Assembly: GCA_044070495.1 (NCBI GenBank) | Contig: JBIPSI010000008.1 | Location: 96,001 to 160,000 of the forward strand | Reading direction: 5' to 3' | DNA: 64,000 bases | DNA from: Spirulina sp. | GTDB taxonomy: Bacteria; Cyanobacteriota; Cyanobacteriia; Phormidesmidales; Phormidesmidaceae | Shown here: in pieces, positions 1 through 9,767 of the stretch | Numbering within the stretch: position 1 is the stretch's first letter | Layout: each line of letters opens with the position of its first letter | Made by a program: the position numbers and the translations under genes | The notes under the pieces: generated by a model | Databases searched by the model: none | Seen by the model: only the letters and a program-made list of their open reading frames with translations | Told to the model about the DNA's origin: nothing

Positions 1-205
1 GCCGCCGCAACTCTCGGCAGAGGCTAAGACCATCCAACTGGGGCAGGGCCAAATCGAGAATAATCAGGTCGTAGTTCCACTGGGAGGCCAGATCGAGGGC
101 GGTTGCACCATCCACGGCCTGCTCTACGGTATAGCGAGCGGCGGTTAAATGCAGGGCCAACAGTTGGCGGGTGGTGGTATCGTCTTCGACCAGGAGAATT
201 TTCAT
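1..205 (-). CDS. Response regulator, N-terminal receiver domain (partial, runs off the window start)
   Basis: Manual translation from ATG at 205: MKILLVEDDTTTRQLLALHLTAARYTVEQAVDGATALDLASQWNYDLIILDLALPQLDGLSLCRELR, a canonical REC domain (OmpR-like). Confidence 0.9.
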   Translation of the reverse strand, partial: MKILLVEDDTTTRQLLALHLTAARYTVEQAVDGATALDLASQWNYDLIILDLALPQLDGLSLCRELRR

Positions 206-454
206 AGAACCAGCGAATACCGAGCGGATAGCCCCAGATTCTGTATGTTTTAGGGTATCGCTAAATCCTCAGCTTTCCCAGGTGAGGAAAGTGAGTAAGC
301 TTGGGGCCAAGCGTTAGCTCAATCCTTAAAAAATCAACAGACAACCAATCCCATTCCTATCCTTAACCCCAAGTCAACCACGCCTCCGCCCCTGCGCCAT
401 CGGGCAAACATCAGACAGCCGTAGGTCGATCTACATCGAATCGCTTGAATTGGG

Positions 455-1270
455 CTAATCCTCTGTCCCAGCAGGAGATTGGGCATTGTCGGCCAACGCT
501 TTTTGAACTTGCTCAATCAGCCAGGTATTAAACAGTTCGTCTAGCAAGCGCTGACGGGTGGCATCGTCTAACTTAGCAGGAAAAAACTTTTCTAACCTAA
601 CCACCACAAACCAATCCCCCACCTTGGTCGGGGGCCACAGTTGCCCCGGCTGGCTAATGGACAGCACCCGTGCCAGGGAGGCGTGGGGTACGGAAAGCTC
701 CACTGGGCCAATCAAACCGCCGGTTTGGGCCTCCTGCCCTTCGGAGTACTGGCGGGCCAGATCGGCAAAGGGTTCGCCATCGTCTTGAATCCGAAAGTAC
801 AACTCCTGGGCCAATCCTGCCTCCCGCGTGCGAATCAGGGAGTACAGCACCCGATCCATCTGGGTTTTGCGCTGGAGAAAATAGGATTCGACCTTGTTGC
901 CCCAGGTATCGAGTTTAAATTTGTGCAGGCGGCGATCCCGCTGGGCTAGAGACTCCAAATCCGCTGCCGTCAGCCCTCGCTGCTGGAGGTAGGCTTGGCA
1001 CTGTTCGGGGGAAGCGAGTTGGTTGGCCTGCTGAAACTGCTGGACAGCGGCGGCAGCTTCTTCTTCATCCAGGGAAAAGGGGACAATGGCTTGGTCAATC
1101 ACCACCTCGCGCAAAAAGGCGGGCAGGAGGCCGTAGCGGCGTAAACAGGGGAGTAGGTCGGTGGAGGATACGAGGGTGTCCCCTACGCGCAGGGCGTCAC
1201 CTTGATGGGATTCGCGATTCTCCCTATCATCCCTCAATCCATCGTCAGCGGTGGGCAACCCAGCAGACAC
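455..1270 (-). CDS. PpiC/rotamase-type peptidyl-prolyl isomerase (cyanobacterial type)
   Basis: Motifs YSLIRT..GLAQELYFRI, FADLARQYSEGQEAQTGGLIGP and WFVVVRLEK. Start codon uncertain. Confidence 0.85.
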   Translation of the reverse strand: MSAGLPTADDGLRDDRENRESHQGDALRVGDTLVSSTDLLPCLRRYGLLPAFLREVVIDQAIVPFSLDEEEAAAAVQQFQQANQLASPEQCQAYLQQRGLTAADLESLAQRDRRLHKFKLDTWGNKVESYFLQRKTQMDRVLYSLIRTREAGLAQELYFRIQDDGEPFADLARQYSEGQEAQTGGLIGPVELSVPHASLARVLSISQPGQLWPPTKVGDWFVVVRLEKFFPAKLDDATRQRLLDELFNTWLIEQVQKALADNAQSPAGTED

Positions 1271-1357
1271 AGCGTAACCTCTTCACCACAACCCTTCAGC
1301 CCCAACCTTAACGCAAACTGATCCCTTTTCAGCAGTTTTCTAATCGGGTACCCAGGA

Positions 1358-2050
1358 TCACAGCGGCAATGGCTTTGCCTTGGGAAAGTAGCGCCCGATC
1401 AAGGACTCTGAAAGGCCGAAGCGACGCAGGGCTTCGGGCAAATCCACCCGCCGCACTTCCAGGAGATAGCGAATGGCCTCCGCCTGGATCTGTCGATCCG
1501 TTTGGGTCTGGGCGGCGACGAGGCGCTCCTGGTACTGCTGCTTTTCCTCCTCGGTTAGGGAAATATCCTCCTGGAAGTACAGTCGCAGGTAGAGGAAGCC
1601 GTCTTTAAAGTCTGCCCCGTGGTACACCAGCTCATTTTGCACATCGGCCCAAAAGCGGGTGGTGCGCCCGGTTTGCTGGGCGGCAATTTGCCGACGGGCA
1701 TACTGCACCAGCAGCTTATAGAGGTTCTTCAGATCGACGGTGGGCAGATCGGCAATGTCGGTGCGGCTGTTGAGCACCACCAAAAAGCCAAAGCCAAAGG
1801 CCAAGGCCTGCCCCAGCAGGGTGAGATCCACGGGGGGACGAGTCTGAAGCCCAAACAGGAGCCAGAATAACCCCGCCGGAATGGTGAATTGAAAGCCCAC
1901 CCATAGCCAGAAGCCGGAACTTTTGTGGGGTTGAAAGAAGGGCAGACGGCGGCATTCCTTAAACAATTCCTCGACGGCTACCCACACATTTAAACCACCC
2001 GGAATGGCTGCCACCAACAACCACAGTCCCCAAGATGACAGCCACTGCAT
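1358..2050 (-). CDS. Hypothetical membrane protein (about 3 N-terminal TM segments plus a helical soluble domain)
   Basis: Long ORF with hydrophobic stretches WGLWLLVAAIPGGLNVWVAV, FWLWVGFQFTIPAGLFWLLFGL and LLGQALAFGFGFLVVL. ATG at 2050 lies 16 nt after the upstream stop. Confidence 0.7.
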   Translation of the reverse strand: MQWLSSWGLWLLVAAIPGGLNVWVAVEELFKECRRLPFFQPHKSSGFWLWVGFQFTIPAGLFWLLFGLQTRPPVDLTLLGQALAFGFGFLVVLNSRTDIADLPTVDLKNLYKLLVQYARRQIAAQQTGRTTRFWADVQNELVYHGADFKDGFLYLRLYFQEDISLTEEEKQQYQERLVAAQTQTDRQIQAEAIRYLLEVRRVDLPEALRRFGLSESLIGRYFPKAKPLPL

Positions 2051-2066
2051 CACCAAACTACTCCCC

Positions 2067-2804
2067 TCAGCCCTGGTGACGGTGGAACACAATCACCGGA
2101 TTCAGCTTGAAGTAGCCCTTGGCGGTGAGGGTAAGAAAGGTTTGATCGTCGAGGCGGGCGGCCTTGTGGGGATAGACCCCAAACAGGGGCAGCACCATGT
2201 CAAAAAAGCCCGTAGTCAGCGGACTGATATAGCCGTTGTTACGCAGCCGCAGGGCCATCCGTTGCACCTGATCCAGCCCTAACCTCAAACTGTGGGACAG
2301 GTGTTCTGGGGTAGCGGGCTGGCGTTCCAGTTCCTTCATCATGCGTACCGAGGGCCAGTCTAGGCTGGTAACGGTGCGTTTGAGGGTTCGCATGAAGGGC
2401 CAGAGTTCGGCCTGAGCAGGCTTGTGCATCCCCTGTTCCTTCAGCAGATGGTGGGCCGTTTCTCGGAAGTCATCGGACTGAAGAATGGGCACCGCCATGG
2501 CTTCTAGGGCGCGGGTTGCCGCCGCCGCGTGGTTGGGGTCTTCGGGGGGCCAGGTCTTAGCTTGGCGCTGGTGATGGTACTGATCCTCCAGGGCCAACCG
2601 CGCCACCTCGTAATGTTGATTCAAATCTTCGTGGCGGGTCACCACCTGACGCAGCCGATCCACCGCCTCCGGATCCTTGGCCTCTAGGGCGGCCCCCAGG
2701 TCTTGCACCTGGTGGTGTAGATCGGCGGGGAGGGCGGTTTCCAATTTGGCGAGGGCAATCAGGCAGGCTTCTAGGGTTAACGCATCCGCAGCATTGATGG
2801 CCAT
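2067..2804 (-). CDS. Hypothetical protein with a probable C-terminal winged-helix domain
   Basis: Helical N-terminus. C-terminus TPEHLSHSLRLGLDQVQRMALRLRNNGYI...FLTLTAKG resembles a MarR/wHTH pattern. ATG at 2804 chosen. Confidence 0.65.
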   Translation of the reverse strand: MAINAADALTLEACLIALAKLETALPADLHHQVQDLGAALEAKDPEAVDRLRQVVTRHEDLNQHYEVARLALEDQYHHQRQAKTWPPEDPNHAAAATRALEAMAVPILQSDDFRETAHHLLKEQGMHKPAQAELWPFMRTLKRTVTSLDWPSVRMMKELERQPATPEHLSHSLRLGLDQVQRMALRLRNNGYISPLTTGFFDMVLPLFGVYPHKAARLDDQTFLTLTAKGYFKLNPVIVFHRHQG

Positions 2805-3071
2805 GGGACAGATCCGCAAGGTAAGAATTAGGAGTCAATTTCAAAAACAGGCTAACGCTATTCTATCCGTCCTATCCCCAGGCTTCATCGGTTTAATCGT
2901 TCCGTCTAAGCTTAATATGGAATGCCTGATCCTAAATCTGGCTTGGGTGCCCTCGGTATCAGCGGACGAGAAGACCTCGCCCCTAAGGTTTGTCGGGCTA
3001 GGCACCGGGGGTTTTCCAAGGCGGATTTAGTACGAGGTTTTGCCAGCACCCCGACCTGATCGCCCTAGGCT

Positions 3072-3608
3072 ATGAACGACGCATCTGCAAAGGACACCCC
3101 AGTTTCCTGTGCCATCGCCCTGGGCAGTAATCTGGGCCATTCCCGCCAAGTGATGGCCTCGGCCCTAGATCGGCTGGGATCCCTGGAAGGCACCACCGTG
3201 ATGGCTCAATCCAGCCTCTACAAAACCGCCCCCGTTGGCCCTCCCCAGCCCGACTACCTCAATGCCTGTGCGATCCTCCAAACTCGCCTGTCTCCCCACG
3301 CCCTAATGCAAAGCCTGTTGGCCATCGAAGCCGATTTTGGCCGCCTTCGCCAGGAACGCTGGGGGCCGCGCATTCTCGATCTAGACCTAATTTTGTACGC
3401 CGATTGGGTGATCCATGAACCCGATCTGCACCTGCCCCACCCTCGCTTTCGAGAACGGGCTTTTGTGCTGGTGCCCCTGGCCGAAATTGCCCCCACCTGG
3501 ATCGACCCGGTCACCGGGCAGTCGATGGCCGAACTATGCAGCCGCCTAGACAGCCACGGCATCGAACCCCTGCCCCCATCGCCACCGTTTAACCCATCCA
3601 CCTTGTAG
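3072..3608 (+). CDS. folK: 2-amino-4-hydroxy-6-hydroxymethyldihydropteridine diphosphokinase
   Basis: IALGSNLG, YLNA, RWGPRILDLDLI and LPHPRFRERAFVLVPLAEI motifs. Confidence 0.97.
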   Translation: MNDASAKDTPVSCAIALGSNLGHSRQVMASALDRLGSLEGTTVMAQSSLYKTAPVGPPQPDYLNACAILQTRLSPHALMQSLLAIEADFGRLRQERWGPRILDLDLILYADWVIHEPDLHLPHPRFRERAFVLVPLAEIAPTWIDPVTGQSMAELCSRLDSHGIEPLPPSPPFNPSTL

Positions 3609-3625
3609 GGTGGGTCACAGCATAA

Positions 3626-3660
3626 AAAATCCCAGGGTTCTCGGAGAACCCTGGGATTTT
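3626..3660. terminator. Probable bidirectional intrinsic terminator between convergent folK and glmM
   Basis: AAAATCCCAGGGTTCT-CGG-AGAACCCTGGGATTTT, a perfect inverted repeat with A/T tails. Confidence 0.8.
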
Positions 3661-3698
3661 GGTGGAACCTTGGGATTTTGGCGGAGTTCTGGGGTGAC

Positions 3699-5168
3699 CT
3701 AGATCGCCAAATGGTGAGACACAACGTTGGAAATGTACTGCGTCCAGTAGTCCACCAGGTCTTGCTGGATAGCTTCCACCATGACGCGAATCACAGGCTC
3801 GGTGCCGGAGGGGCGCACAAGGACGCGGCCTTCGTTGCCCATGGCCTGTTCGGCGGCTTCGATAGCCCGCTGCACAGGGTCGCAGTCTTGCCAGTTCATG
3901 CGCCGTTCCCGGTCGGTGACGCGCACATTTTGCAAGCGCTGGGGATAGGTTTGGAAGCTCTGGTCGATCAGGGAGGCTAGGGAACCGCCGAGGGGCTGCA
4001 CCAGGGAAGCCAGGTGCAGGGCGGTGAGGATGCCGTCGCCCGTGAGGCTGTAGTGGTGGCAGAGGATATGGCCAGACTGTTCGCCGCCCAGTTTCGCGCC
4101 CCGGTTCACCATTTCGGCATGGACGTATTGATCGCCGACTTTCGTACGGATGAGGGTGCCACCCAGGTTTTCCCAGGCCCGCTCAAAGCCCAGGTTGGCC
4201 ATTACCGTAGAAATGATGGTGTTGTCGGGTAGGCGGTTTTGGGCTTGTAGGTGCTTGCCCCAGAGGTACAGAATATAGTCGCCATCCACCACGCGGCCCT
4301 CGGCGTCGATGGCCATCACCCGGTCGGCGTCGCCATCGAATGCAAAACCCAGGTCGGCCCCATGGGCTTTCACGGCGGCTTTAATCGGATCTAGGTGGGT
4401 GGATCCACAGTGGACGTTAATGCGGTCGCCATCGGGACTGCCGTGGAGGGTGATGACTTCGGCTCCAGTGGCTTGAAAGACCTGTTCCGCCAAACGCGTG
4501 GCCGATCCCCAGGCGAGGTCGAGCACCACCTTCATGCCGCGCAGGTCGAGGTGGGGCAGCAGCGGTTCTTGCAGAAAATTAATGTAGCGATTCACCAGTT
4601 CGGGCCGATAGTAGCACTGGCCCCAGGTTTGGCTGGGTTCCAGGTTCAGCCCCTCGGTGTGGCCGCGCAGGGCCGCTTCAACGGTGGCCTGAAGGGTGCT
4701 GCTGAGCTTGGTGCCGTCGCCGCCAAAAAACTTGATGCCGTTGTCCTCCGGCGGGTTGTGGCTGGCGGACACCATGATGCCGCCCAGGGCATGGCAGGAT
4801 TCGGCCAGGTAGGCCACGGTGGGGGTGGGACAAAGGCCCAGGTGCCACACATCTAACCCAGCGGAGGTGAGCCCAGCGGAGAGAGCCGTGGCTAGCATGT
4901 GCCCAGAGTTGCGCGAATCTTGCCCAACGATGATGGGGCCGTGGGTTTGCCCCTGGCTGCGGAGCACCTGCCCCGCCCAGTAGCCTACTTCCATAGCTAG
5001 GGGGGCGGTGAGCAAATCCCCCGCCTTGCCGCGAATGCCGTCGGTGCCAAAGAGGGGCGTTTTGGGCAGTTGTAGGCCCGCCAGTGCCCCTGCAAAATCG
5101 TGGGAACGGTCATCACCTTGCTGCCCAGCGGGAGGGCTTCCCGTGGGCCGAACCGGAGAACTTACCAT
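3699..5168 (-). CDS. glmM: Phosphoglucosamine mutase
   Basis: [29 protein letters not shown] and RPSGTEP motifs. ATG at 5168 chosen. Confidence 0.95.
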   Translation of the reverse strand: MVSSPVRPTGSPPAGQQGDDRSHDFAGALAGLQLPKTPLFGTDGIRGKAGDLLTAPLAMEVGYWAGQVLRSQGQTHGPIIVGQDSRNSGHMLATALSAGLTSAGLDVWHLGLCPTPTVAYLAESCHALGGIMVSASHNPPEDNGIKFFGGDGTKLSSTLQATVEAALRGHTEGLNLEPSQTWGQCYYRPELVNRYINFLQEPLLPHLDLRGMKVVLDLAWGSATRLAEQVFQATGAEVITLHGSPDGDRINVHCGSTHLDPIKAAVKAHGADLGFAFDGDADRVMAIDAEGRVVDGDYILYLWGKHLQAQNRLPDNTIISTVMANLGFERAWENLGGTLIRTKVGDQYVHAEMVNRGAKLGGEQSGHILCHHYSLTGDGILTALHLASLVQPLGGSLASLIDQSFQTYPQRLQNVRVTDRERRMNWQDCDPVQRAIEAAEQAMGNEGRVLVRPSGTEPVIRVMVEAIQQDLVDYWTQYISNVVSHHLAI

Positions 5169-5279
5169 ACTCGTTTCCTCATCACACACACTCAGAATGG
5201 AGAATACCACCTCTGCCCTAGGATGGAACTAGCGCCCTGTGCCAGTTCCCTTGCCTATGCTGGATTTCAGCCTGTATCT

Positions 5280-5777
5280 ATGCCAGATTTCACCCCGCCA
5301 GAGAATATCCCCGCCGATGCCCCTGAGGTGTCCCTCGTCGCAGGCATCACCCTGTTTAACCAGGGTGAATATTACGACTGCCACGATGTGCTAGAGGCTC
5401 TGTGGATAGAGGCGGATCCTACCGAGAAACCGTTTTATCAGGGCATTTTGCAAATCGCCGTGGGGCTATATCACCTCGGTAATCGTAATTGGCGGGGGGC
5501 CACCATTTTGTTGGGCGAAGGCGTAAACCGTTTGCGTCCCTTTGAACCCAGCTATGGCGGCGTCGCCGTGGCCGATTTAGTGGATGTGGGCTGGGCTTGG
5601 TTGGTGGCGCTACAGCAAACCGGGATCGACCGGGTGGAGGACGTGGCCCAGGCCCTCGCCCAAACCCAGCAAACCACCACGCCCCAATCCGTTACCCTAG
5701 GGGACGGGGAACTAGGGCTGCCCGTTCCTGCCATTGCCGTGGCGGAGATCCACAGAGGGGAGGCCGATCCCACCTAA
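5280..5777 (+). CDS. DUF309 domain protein
   Basis: GITLFNQGEYYDCHDVLEALW...FYQGILQIAVGLYHL..GNWRGA. ATG at 5280. Confidence 0.88.
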   Translation: MPDFTPPENIPADAPEVSLVAGITLFNQGEYYDCHDVLEALWIEADPTEKPFYQGILQIAVGLYHLGNRNWRGATILLGEGVNRLRPFEPSYGGVAVADLVDVGWAWLVALQQTGIDRVEDVAQALAQTQQTTTPQSVTLGDGELGLPVPAIAVAEIHRGEADPT

Positions 5778-5891
5778 AGGCCGAAGATGACAAGCATCCA
5801 GAACAGTGGAGGCAAGGGAGATCGGGCCTAGGGTGGGTGACCCATAGGGATGCCAAAGTATGCGACCTGTCAACAAAAGTGGCGTAGGAGC

Positions 5892-5932
5892 GTAGAAAAA
5901 TTTACATTCTTGCGACCATGCTGAGTTAGCCT
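5892..5932 (+). promoter_or_regulatory. Candidate NtcA-activated promoter upstream of the cysteine desulfurase
   Basis: GTA-GAAAAATT-TAC (5892-5905) followed 21 nt later by TAGCCT (TAN3T, 5927-5932). Confidence 0.45.
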
Positions 5933-6012
5933 CCCATGGGCTAACCCTACTGCCCTGCTAGGATAGGCGATGGGGATTTGATTCCCCTAGCAAGGCTGGA
6001 AAGGACTGGGCT

Positions 6013-7176
6013 ATGCAAATTTATCTCGACTACAGCGCCACCACGCCCCCGCGCCCAGAGGTGATCGCCGCCGTGCAGTCGGTGATGGCGGAACAGTGGG
6101 GCAACCCCTCCAGCCTGCACCAGTGGGGCAACCGAGCCGCCACGGTTTTGGAACAGGCCCGCTTCCAGGTGGCCGGGTTGATCAATGCCAGTGCCGACTC
6201 GATTCTGTTTACCGCTGGCGGCACCGAGGCCGATAACCTGGCCCTGCTGGGGGTGGCCCACAGCTTTGATCGTCCCCAGCACTTAATTATTTCCTCGGTG
6301 GAACATTCCGCCATCGCCAAGCCCGCCGATGCCCTCGAAGCCCAGGGCTGGCAGGTTACCCGCTTGCCCGTGGATAGTCGGGGGCGCGTCCATCCGGATA
6401 CCCTGCGCCAAGCCCTCCGCAGCAACACGGTGCTGGTGTCGATCATCTACGGCCAAAGCGAAGTAGGCACCCTGCAACCCATCGCCCAACTGGGCCAGAT
6501 CGCCCGCGACCACGGGGCCATTTTCCACACCGATGCGGTGCAGGTGGCCGGACGCTTACCGATTGATGTGCAAGCGTTACCCGTAGATTTGCTGTCCCTT
6601 TCCAGCCACAAAATCTACGGCCCCCAGGGAGTCGGTGCCCTTTACGTGCGGCCAGGGGTTAAGCTAAAACCCCTGATCGGCGGTGGGGGCCAAGAATTGG
6701 GCCTGCGGTCGGGCACCCAAGCCCTGCCCAACATTGCCGGATTTGGGGTGGCCGCCGCCCTGGCTCGGCAGGAAATGTCCAAGGAACCCCAGCGGTTGCG
6801 GGATCTGCGAGATCGTCTTTTTAACCAGTTGGCCAATGTGCCAGGACTCATCCCCACGGGGGATCACGACCATCGCCTGCCCCACCACGCCAGCTTTTGT
6901 CTCACCAGCGGCGACGGCGAACGGATCAGCGGCAAAACCCTCGTGCGCCAGATGAACCTCGCCGGAATCGGCATCAGTGCCGGAGCCGCCTGCAACAGTG
7001 GCACCCTCACGCCCAGCCCCATCCTCAAGGCCATGGGCTACAGCGACACCTTGGCCAAATGCGGCATCCGCCTCAGCCTGGGTCGCCACACCACCATCGA
7101 AGATGTGGACTGGGCCGCCCTTGTCCTCAAACAGGTGATCGAACGTTCCCTCGCAACCCTGCTCACCCAGGTCTAG
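6013..7176 (+). CDS. Cysteine desulfurase (IscS/NifS-like, PLP-dependent)
   Basis: IYLDYSATTP, GNPSSLH, HTDAVQ, SSHKIYGPQG, RSGT and catalytic SAGAAC motifs. Confidence 0.93.
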   Translation: MQIYLDYSATTPPRPEVIAAVQSVMAEQWGNPSSLHQWGNRAATVLEQARFQVAGLINASADSILFTAGGTEADNLALLGVAHSFDRPQHLIISSVEHSAIAKPADALEAQGWQVTRLPVDSRGRVHPDTLRQALRSNTVLVSIIYGQSEVGTLQPIAQLGQIARDHGAIFHTDAVQVAGRLPIDVQALPVDLLSLSSHKIYGPQGVGALYVRPGVKLKPLIGGGGQELGLRSGTQALPNIAGFGVAAALARQEMSKEPQRLRDLRDRLFNQLANVPGLIPTGDHDHRLPHHASFCLTSGDGERISGKTLVRQMNLAGIGISAGAACNSGTLTPSPILKAMGYSDTLAKCGIRLSLGRHTTIEDVDWAALVLKQVIERSLATLLTQV

Positions 7177-7226
7177 CCCATCCCAGGCACACCAGGTAGG
7201 ATCGATGGAGGATCGCGTAAAAGGGC

Positions 7227-7790
7227 ATGGCTATGGTTGCCGTTCCAGCGGGGTTTAGCCCCCAAGACTATCTGGCGCTTGAGCAAACCAATCCCATTCG
7301 CCATGAATATCGGCGCGGGTTGGTCTATGCCATGACCGGAGGCAGCGATAGCCACAACCGCCTGAGCATTAACCTGATCACCGAAATTAACCTGCATTTG
7401 AGGGATAGCGATTGCCAGTTTTTTGCGGGTGATGTCAAGGTCAACTATCGGGATGATTTTTTCTACTATCCCGATGCCTTTGTGACCTGCGATCCCCGTG
7501 ATTTAGAGGATCGCTACGTGAAGCGCTACCCTAAACTTATTGTTGAAGTGCTCTCTCCCTCCACAGAAGCCTTTGACCGAGGTGAAAAATTTGCCGATTA
7601 TCAACAGTTAGACTCCCTACAGGAGTACGTCGTAATCGCCCAAGATCGACCATGGGTAGACTGTTGGCGACGGCTTGAAGGCCAAGGCCAATGGCAGTCC
7701 TGGATCTATCGGGACACGGAACCCGTTGTGCTAGATAGCCTTGGACTAACGATTTCCCCAGCGGATCTTTACCGGGGGGTGATGGTTTAA
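7227..7790 (+). CDS. Uma2 family (DUF820) putative endonuclease
   Basis: RHEY..G.VYAMTGG..HNR, YYPD..VTCD, PKLIVEVLSPST...DRGEKF..Y and LQEYV motifs. Confidence 0.92.
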   Translation: MAMVAVPAGFSPQDYLALEQTNPIRHEYRRGLVYAMTGGSDSHNRLSINLITEINLHLRDSDCQFFAGDVKVNYRDDFFYYPDAFVTCDPRDLEDRYVKRYPKLIVEVLSPSTEAFDRGEKFADYQQLDSLQEYVVIAQDRPWVDCWRRLEGQGQWQSWIYRDTEPVVLDSLGLTISPADLYRGVMV

Positions 7791-7887
7791 CGTCACCCCC
7801 CCTGAAGTCACGAGATCCCGCTGGGTCAGAACAGCAATCGACGGCGGCAGATCAGGGGTTCTTTCGCGAGGTCTAGAACGCTGGAAC

Positions 7888-7955
7888 AGAACCCCGGTTT
7901 CTACCCTTGGCAAGGCCAAATCTTGTAGGCGCACCGACGAAGAAACCGGGGTTCT
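7888..7955. repeat. 15-bp perfect inverted repeat (dispersed palindromic element) between convergent genes
   Basis: AGAACCCCGGTTTCT (7888-7902) and AGAAACCGGGGTTCT (7941-7955). Confidence 0.75.
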
Positions 7956-8030
7956 CTCAATACTAAACCGATGCTCTGGGGCCAAAACACCACAAAAGCA
8001 CTAACCTTCTAACCTTCTAGCCTGAGATGC

Positions 8031-9533
8031 CTAGCCATTCAGCTTTTTGCTGAGCAGTTGATTGCTGAGCTTGGGATCCACTCGTCCGCCGCTTGCCTTC
8101 ATCAACTGGCCCACAAAGAAACCTTGCAGCTTTTTCTTGCCGCCCCGGTAGGCTTCCAGTTCTTCGGGGTGGGCGGCGAGGACTTCGTCTATCATCGCTT
8201 CGATCTGGGCCGGATCGGAAATTTGGCTGAGGCCGCGTTCCTCCACCATGGCCTGGGGAGAACCGCCCTGGGTGAGCAGTTCGGGCAGCAGGTCTTTGCC
8301 GATTTTGTTGCTGATGGTGCCCGCTTCGATCAGCTTCACCAGTTCTGCCAGCATCTCTGGCTTCAGGGGCAGTTCCTCAATCGTCAGCTTTTCGGAATTG
8401 AGGTAGGCCGCGATGTCTTGGGTGAGCCAGTTAGCGGTGAGCTTGGGGTCGGCCCCGGTAGCAACGGTAGCCTCAAAGAATTCCGCAATGCTGCGCTCGT
8501 CGCTGAGCACACGGGCATCGTAGGCGGAGAGGCCAAAGGCTTCCTCGTAGCGGCTGCGCTTTTGGGCAGGCAGTTCCGGCAGTTCCCCTTGCCACGCCTC
8601 TTTTTGCGCCACAGAAACCACAATCGGCGGCAGGTCAGGTTCCGGGAAGTAGCGGTAGTCGCTAGAGCCTTCCTTGGAGCGCATACTCTTGGTGCGCTGG
8701 GTGCTTTCGTCCCACAGGCGGGTTTCTTGGTGGATTTTCTCCCCCGCTTCGTTGGCCTTAATTTGGCGATCAATTTCGTACTCAATCGCCTTTTGGATGG
8801 CGCTGAAGGAGTTCATGTTTTTGATCTCCACCTTGGTGCCAAATTCCTTTTGGCCCACGGGACGCACGGAAATGTTCACGTCGCAGCGCAGGGAGCCTTC
8901 CTGCATGTTGCCGTCGCTGATGCCCAGGTAGCGGACGATGCGGCGCAGTTCTTGAGCATATTCGGCGGCTTCCTGTCCGGTGCGAATGTCCGGCTCCGAG
9001 ACGATTTCCACCAGGGGCACCCCGGCCCGGTTGTAGTCCACCAGGGAGTAGGTGGAACCCGCCAAACGGTCGCTGCCCGCGTGGACGAGCTTGCCCGCAT
9101 CCTCTTCCATGTGCAGCCTGGTGATGCCGATGCGCTTGCGGGTGGCTTCCTTGGTCTTCTTGTCGATCAGCTCAATCTCTAGCCAGCCGTGCTCGGCGAT
9201 GGGCAGGTCGTACTGGGAGATTTGGTAGTTCTTGGGCAGGTCGGGGTAGAAATACTGCTTGCGGTCAAACTTGGAGTAGGGGGCAATTTGGCAGTTCAGG
9301 GCCAGCCCCGCCTTGACGGCATACTCCAGCACCTTTTGATTCAGCACCGGCAGCACCCCAGGCATCCCCAGCACAATCGGGTCGATGTAGGTGTTGGGAT
9401 CGGCCCCAAAGGCGGTGGAGGCCGGAGAGAAAATCTTGGTCTCGGTACACAACTGGCAGTGGGTTTCTAGACCAATGATGGCCTCGTACTGGGTTTTGGC
9501 AGACTCGGTTTTGGCGGGGGCCGCAGTGGTCAT
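8031..9533 (-). CDS. gatB: Asp-tRNA(Asn)/Glu-tRNA(Gln) amidotransferase subunit B
   Basis: IGLETHCQL, FDRKQYFYPDLPKNYQISQ, HMEEDAGK, GNMQEGSLRCDVNIS and DYRYFPEPDL. ATG at 9533. Confidence 0.98.
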   Translation of the reverse strand: MTTAAPAKTESAKTQYEAIIGLETHCQLCTETKIFSPASTAFGADPNTYIDPIVLGMPGVLPVLNQKVLEYAVKAGLALNCQIAPYSKFDRKQYFYPDLPKNYQISQYDLPIAEHGWLEIELIDKKTKEATRKRIGITRLHMEEDAGKLVHAGSDRLAGSTYSLVDYNRAGVPLVEIVSEPDIRTGQEAAEYAQELRRIVRYLGISDGNMQEGSLRCDVNISVRPVGQKEFGTKVEIKNMNSFSAIQKAIEYEIDRQIKANEAGEKIHQETRLWDESTQRTKSMRSKEGSSDYRYFPEPDLPPIVVSVAQKEAWQGELPELPAQKRSRYEEAFGLSAYDARVLSDERSIAEFFEATVATGADPKLTANWLTQDIAAYLNSEKLTIEELPLKPEMLAELVKLIEAGTISNKIGKDLLPELLTQGGSPQAMVEERGLSQISDPAQIEAMIDEVLAAHPEELEAYRGGKKKLQGFFVGQLMKASGGRVDPKLSNQLLSKKLNG

Positions 9534-9679
9534 AAACCGCTCCAACAAACGATTGATTGCAATAGTCTGTCTATTGTAGCCCCGCCCCTGCCCTCTCCCC
9601 AAGAAGCTAGTCCCATGGTGGGTTTGACCTAGGGCCGATCCTAGCGAACTGCCACAATACCCAAAAGCCCTGCTTTGTC

Positions 9680-9710
9680 GTAGGTTGGGTGTAGCGAAGC
9701 GGAACCCAAC
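9680..9710 (+). repeat. GTAG-type REP-like palindrome
   Basis: GTAG-GTTGGGT-GTAGCGAAGCGGA-ACCCAAC. A related copy lies on the minus strand at 17641-17671. Confidence 0.7.
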
Positions 9711-9767
9711 ACTCACCGAGGAGTCCGGCCTTGTTGGGTTCTAGCACTGTGATCCCCCATGGTTCTG

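Noticed and set aside
455..1270. Possible type I secretion or RiPP cluster suggested by the PpiC protein
   Set aside because: No peptidase-containing ABC transporter, HlyD or precursor peptide is adjacent within the window. The exporter at 11-15.7 kb is MacAB/FtsX type and 10 kb away.
6013..7176. Cysteine desulfurase as DndA (phosphorothioation) or nif-cluster NifS
   Set aside because: No dnd, ssp or nif genes are present in the window, and the context is housekeeping.
7227..7790. Uma2 gene as part of a restriction or defence system
   Set aside because: It is solitary. Uma2 paralogues are abundant and scattered in cyanobacteria, and there is no methylase or other defence gene beside it.
8058..9182. 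374-aa plus-strand ORF and many other long antisense ORFs (e.g. 25087-25674, 26740-27477, 46383-47054, 52710-53570)
   Set aside because: They lie antisense to well-identified genes and are expected shadows of GC-rich codon usage.
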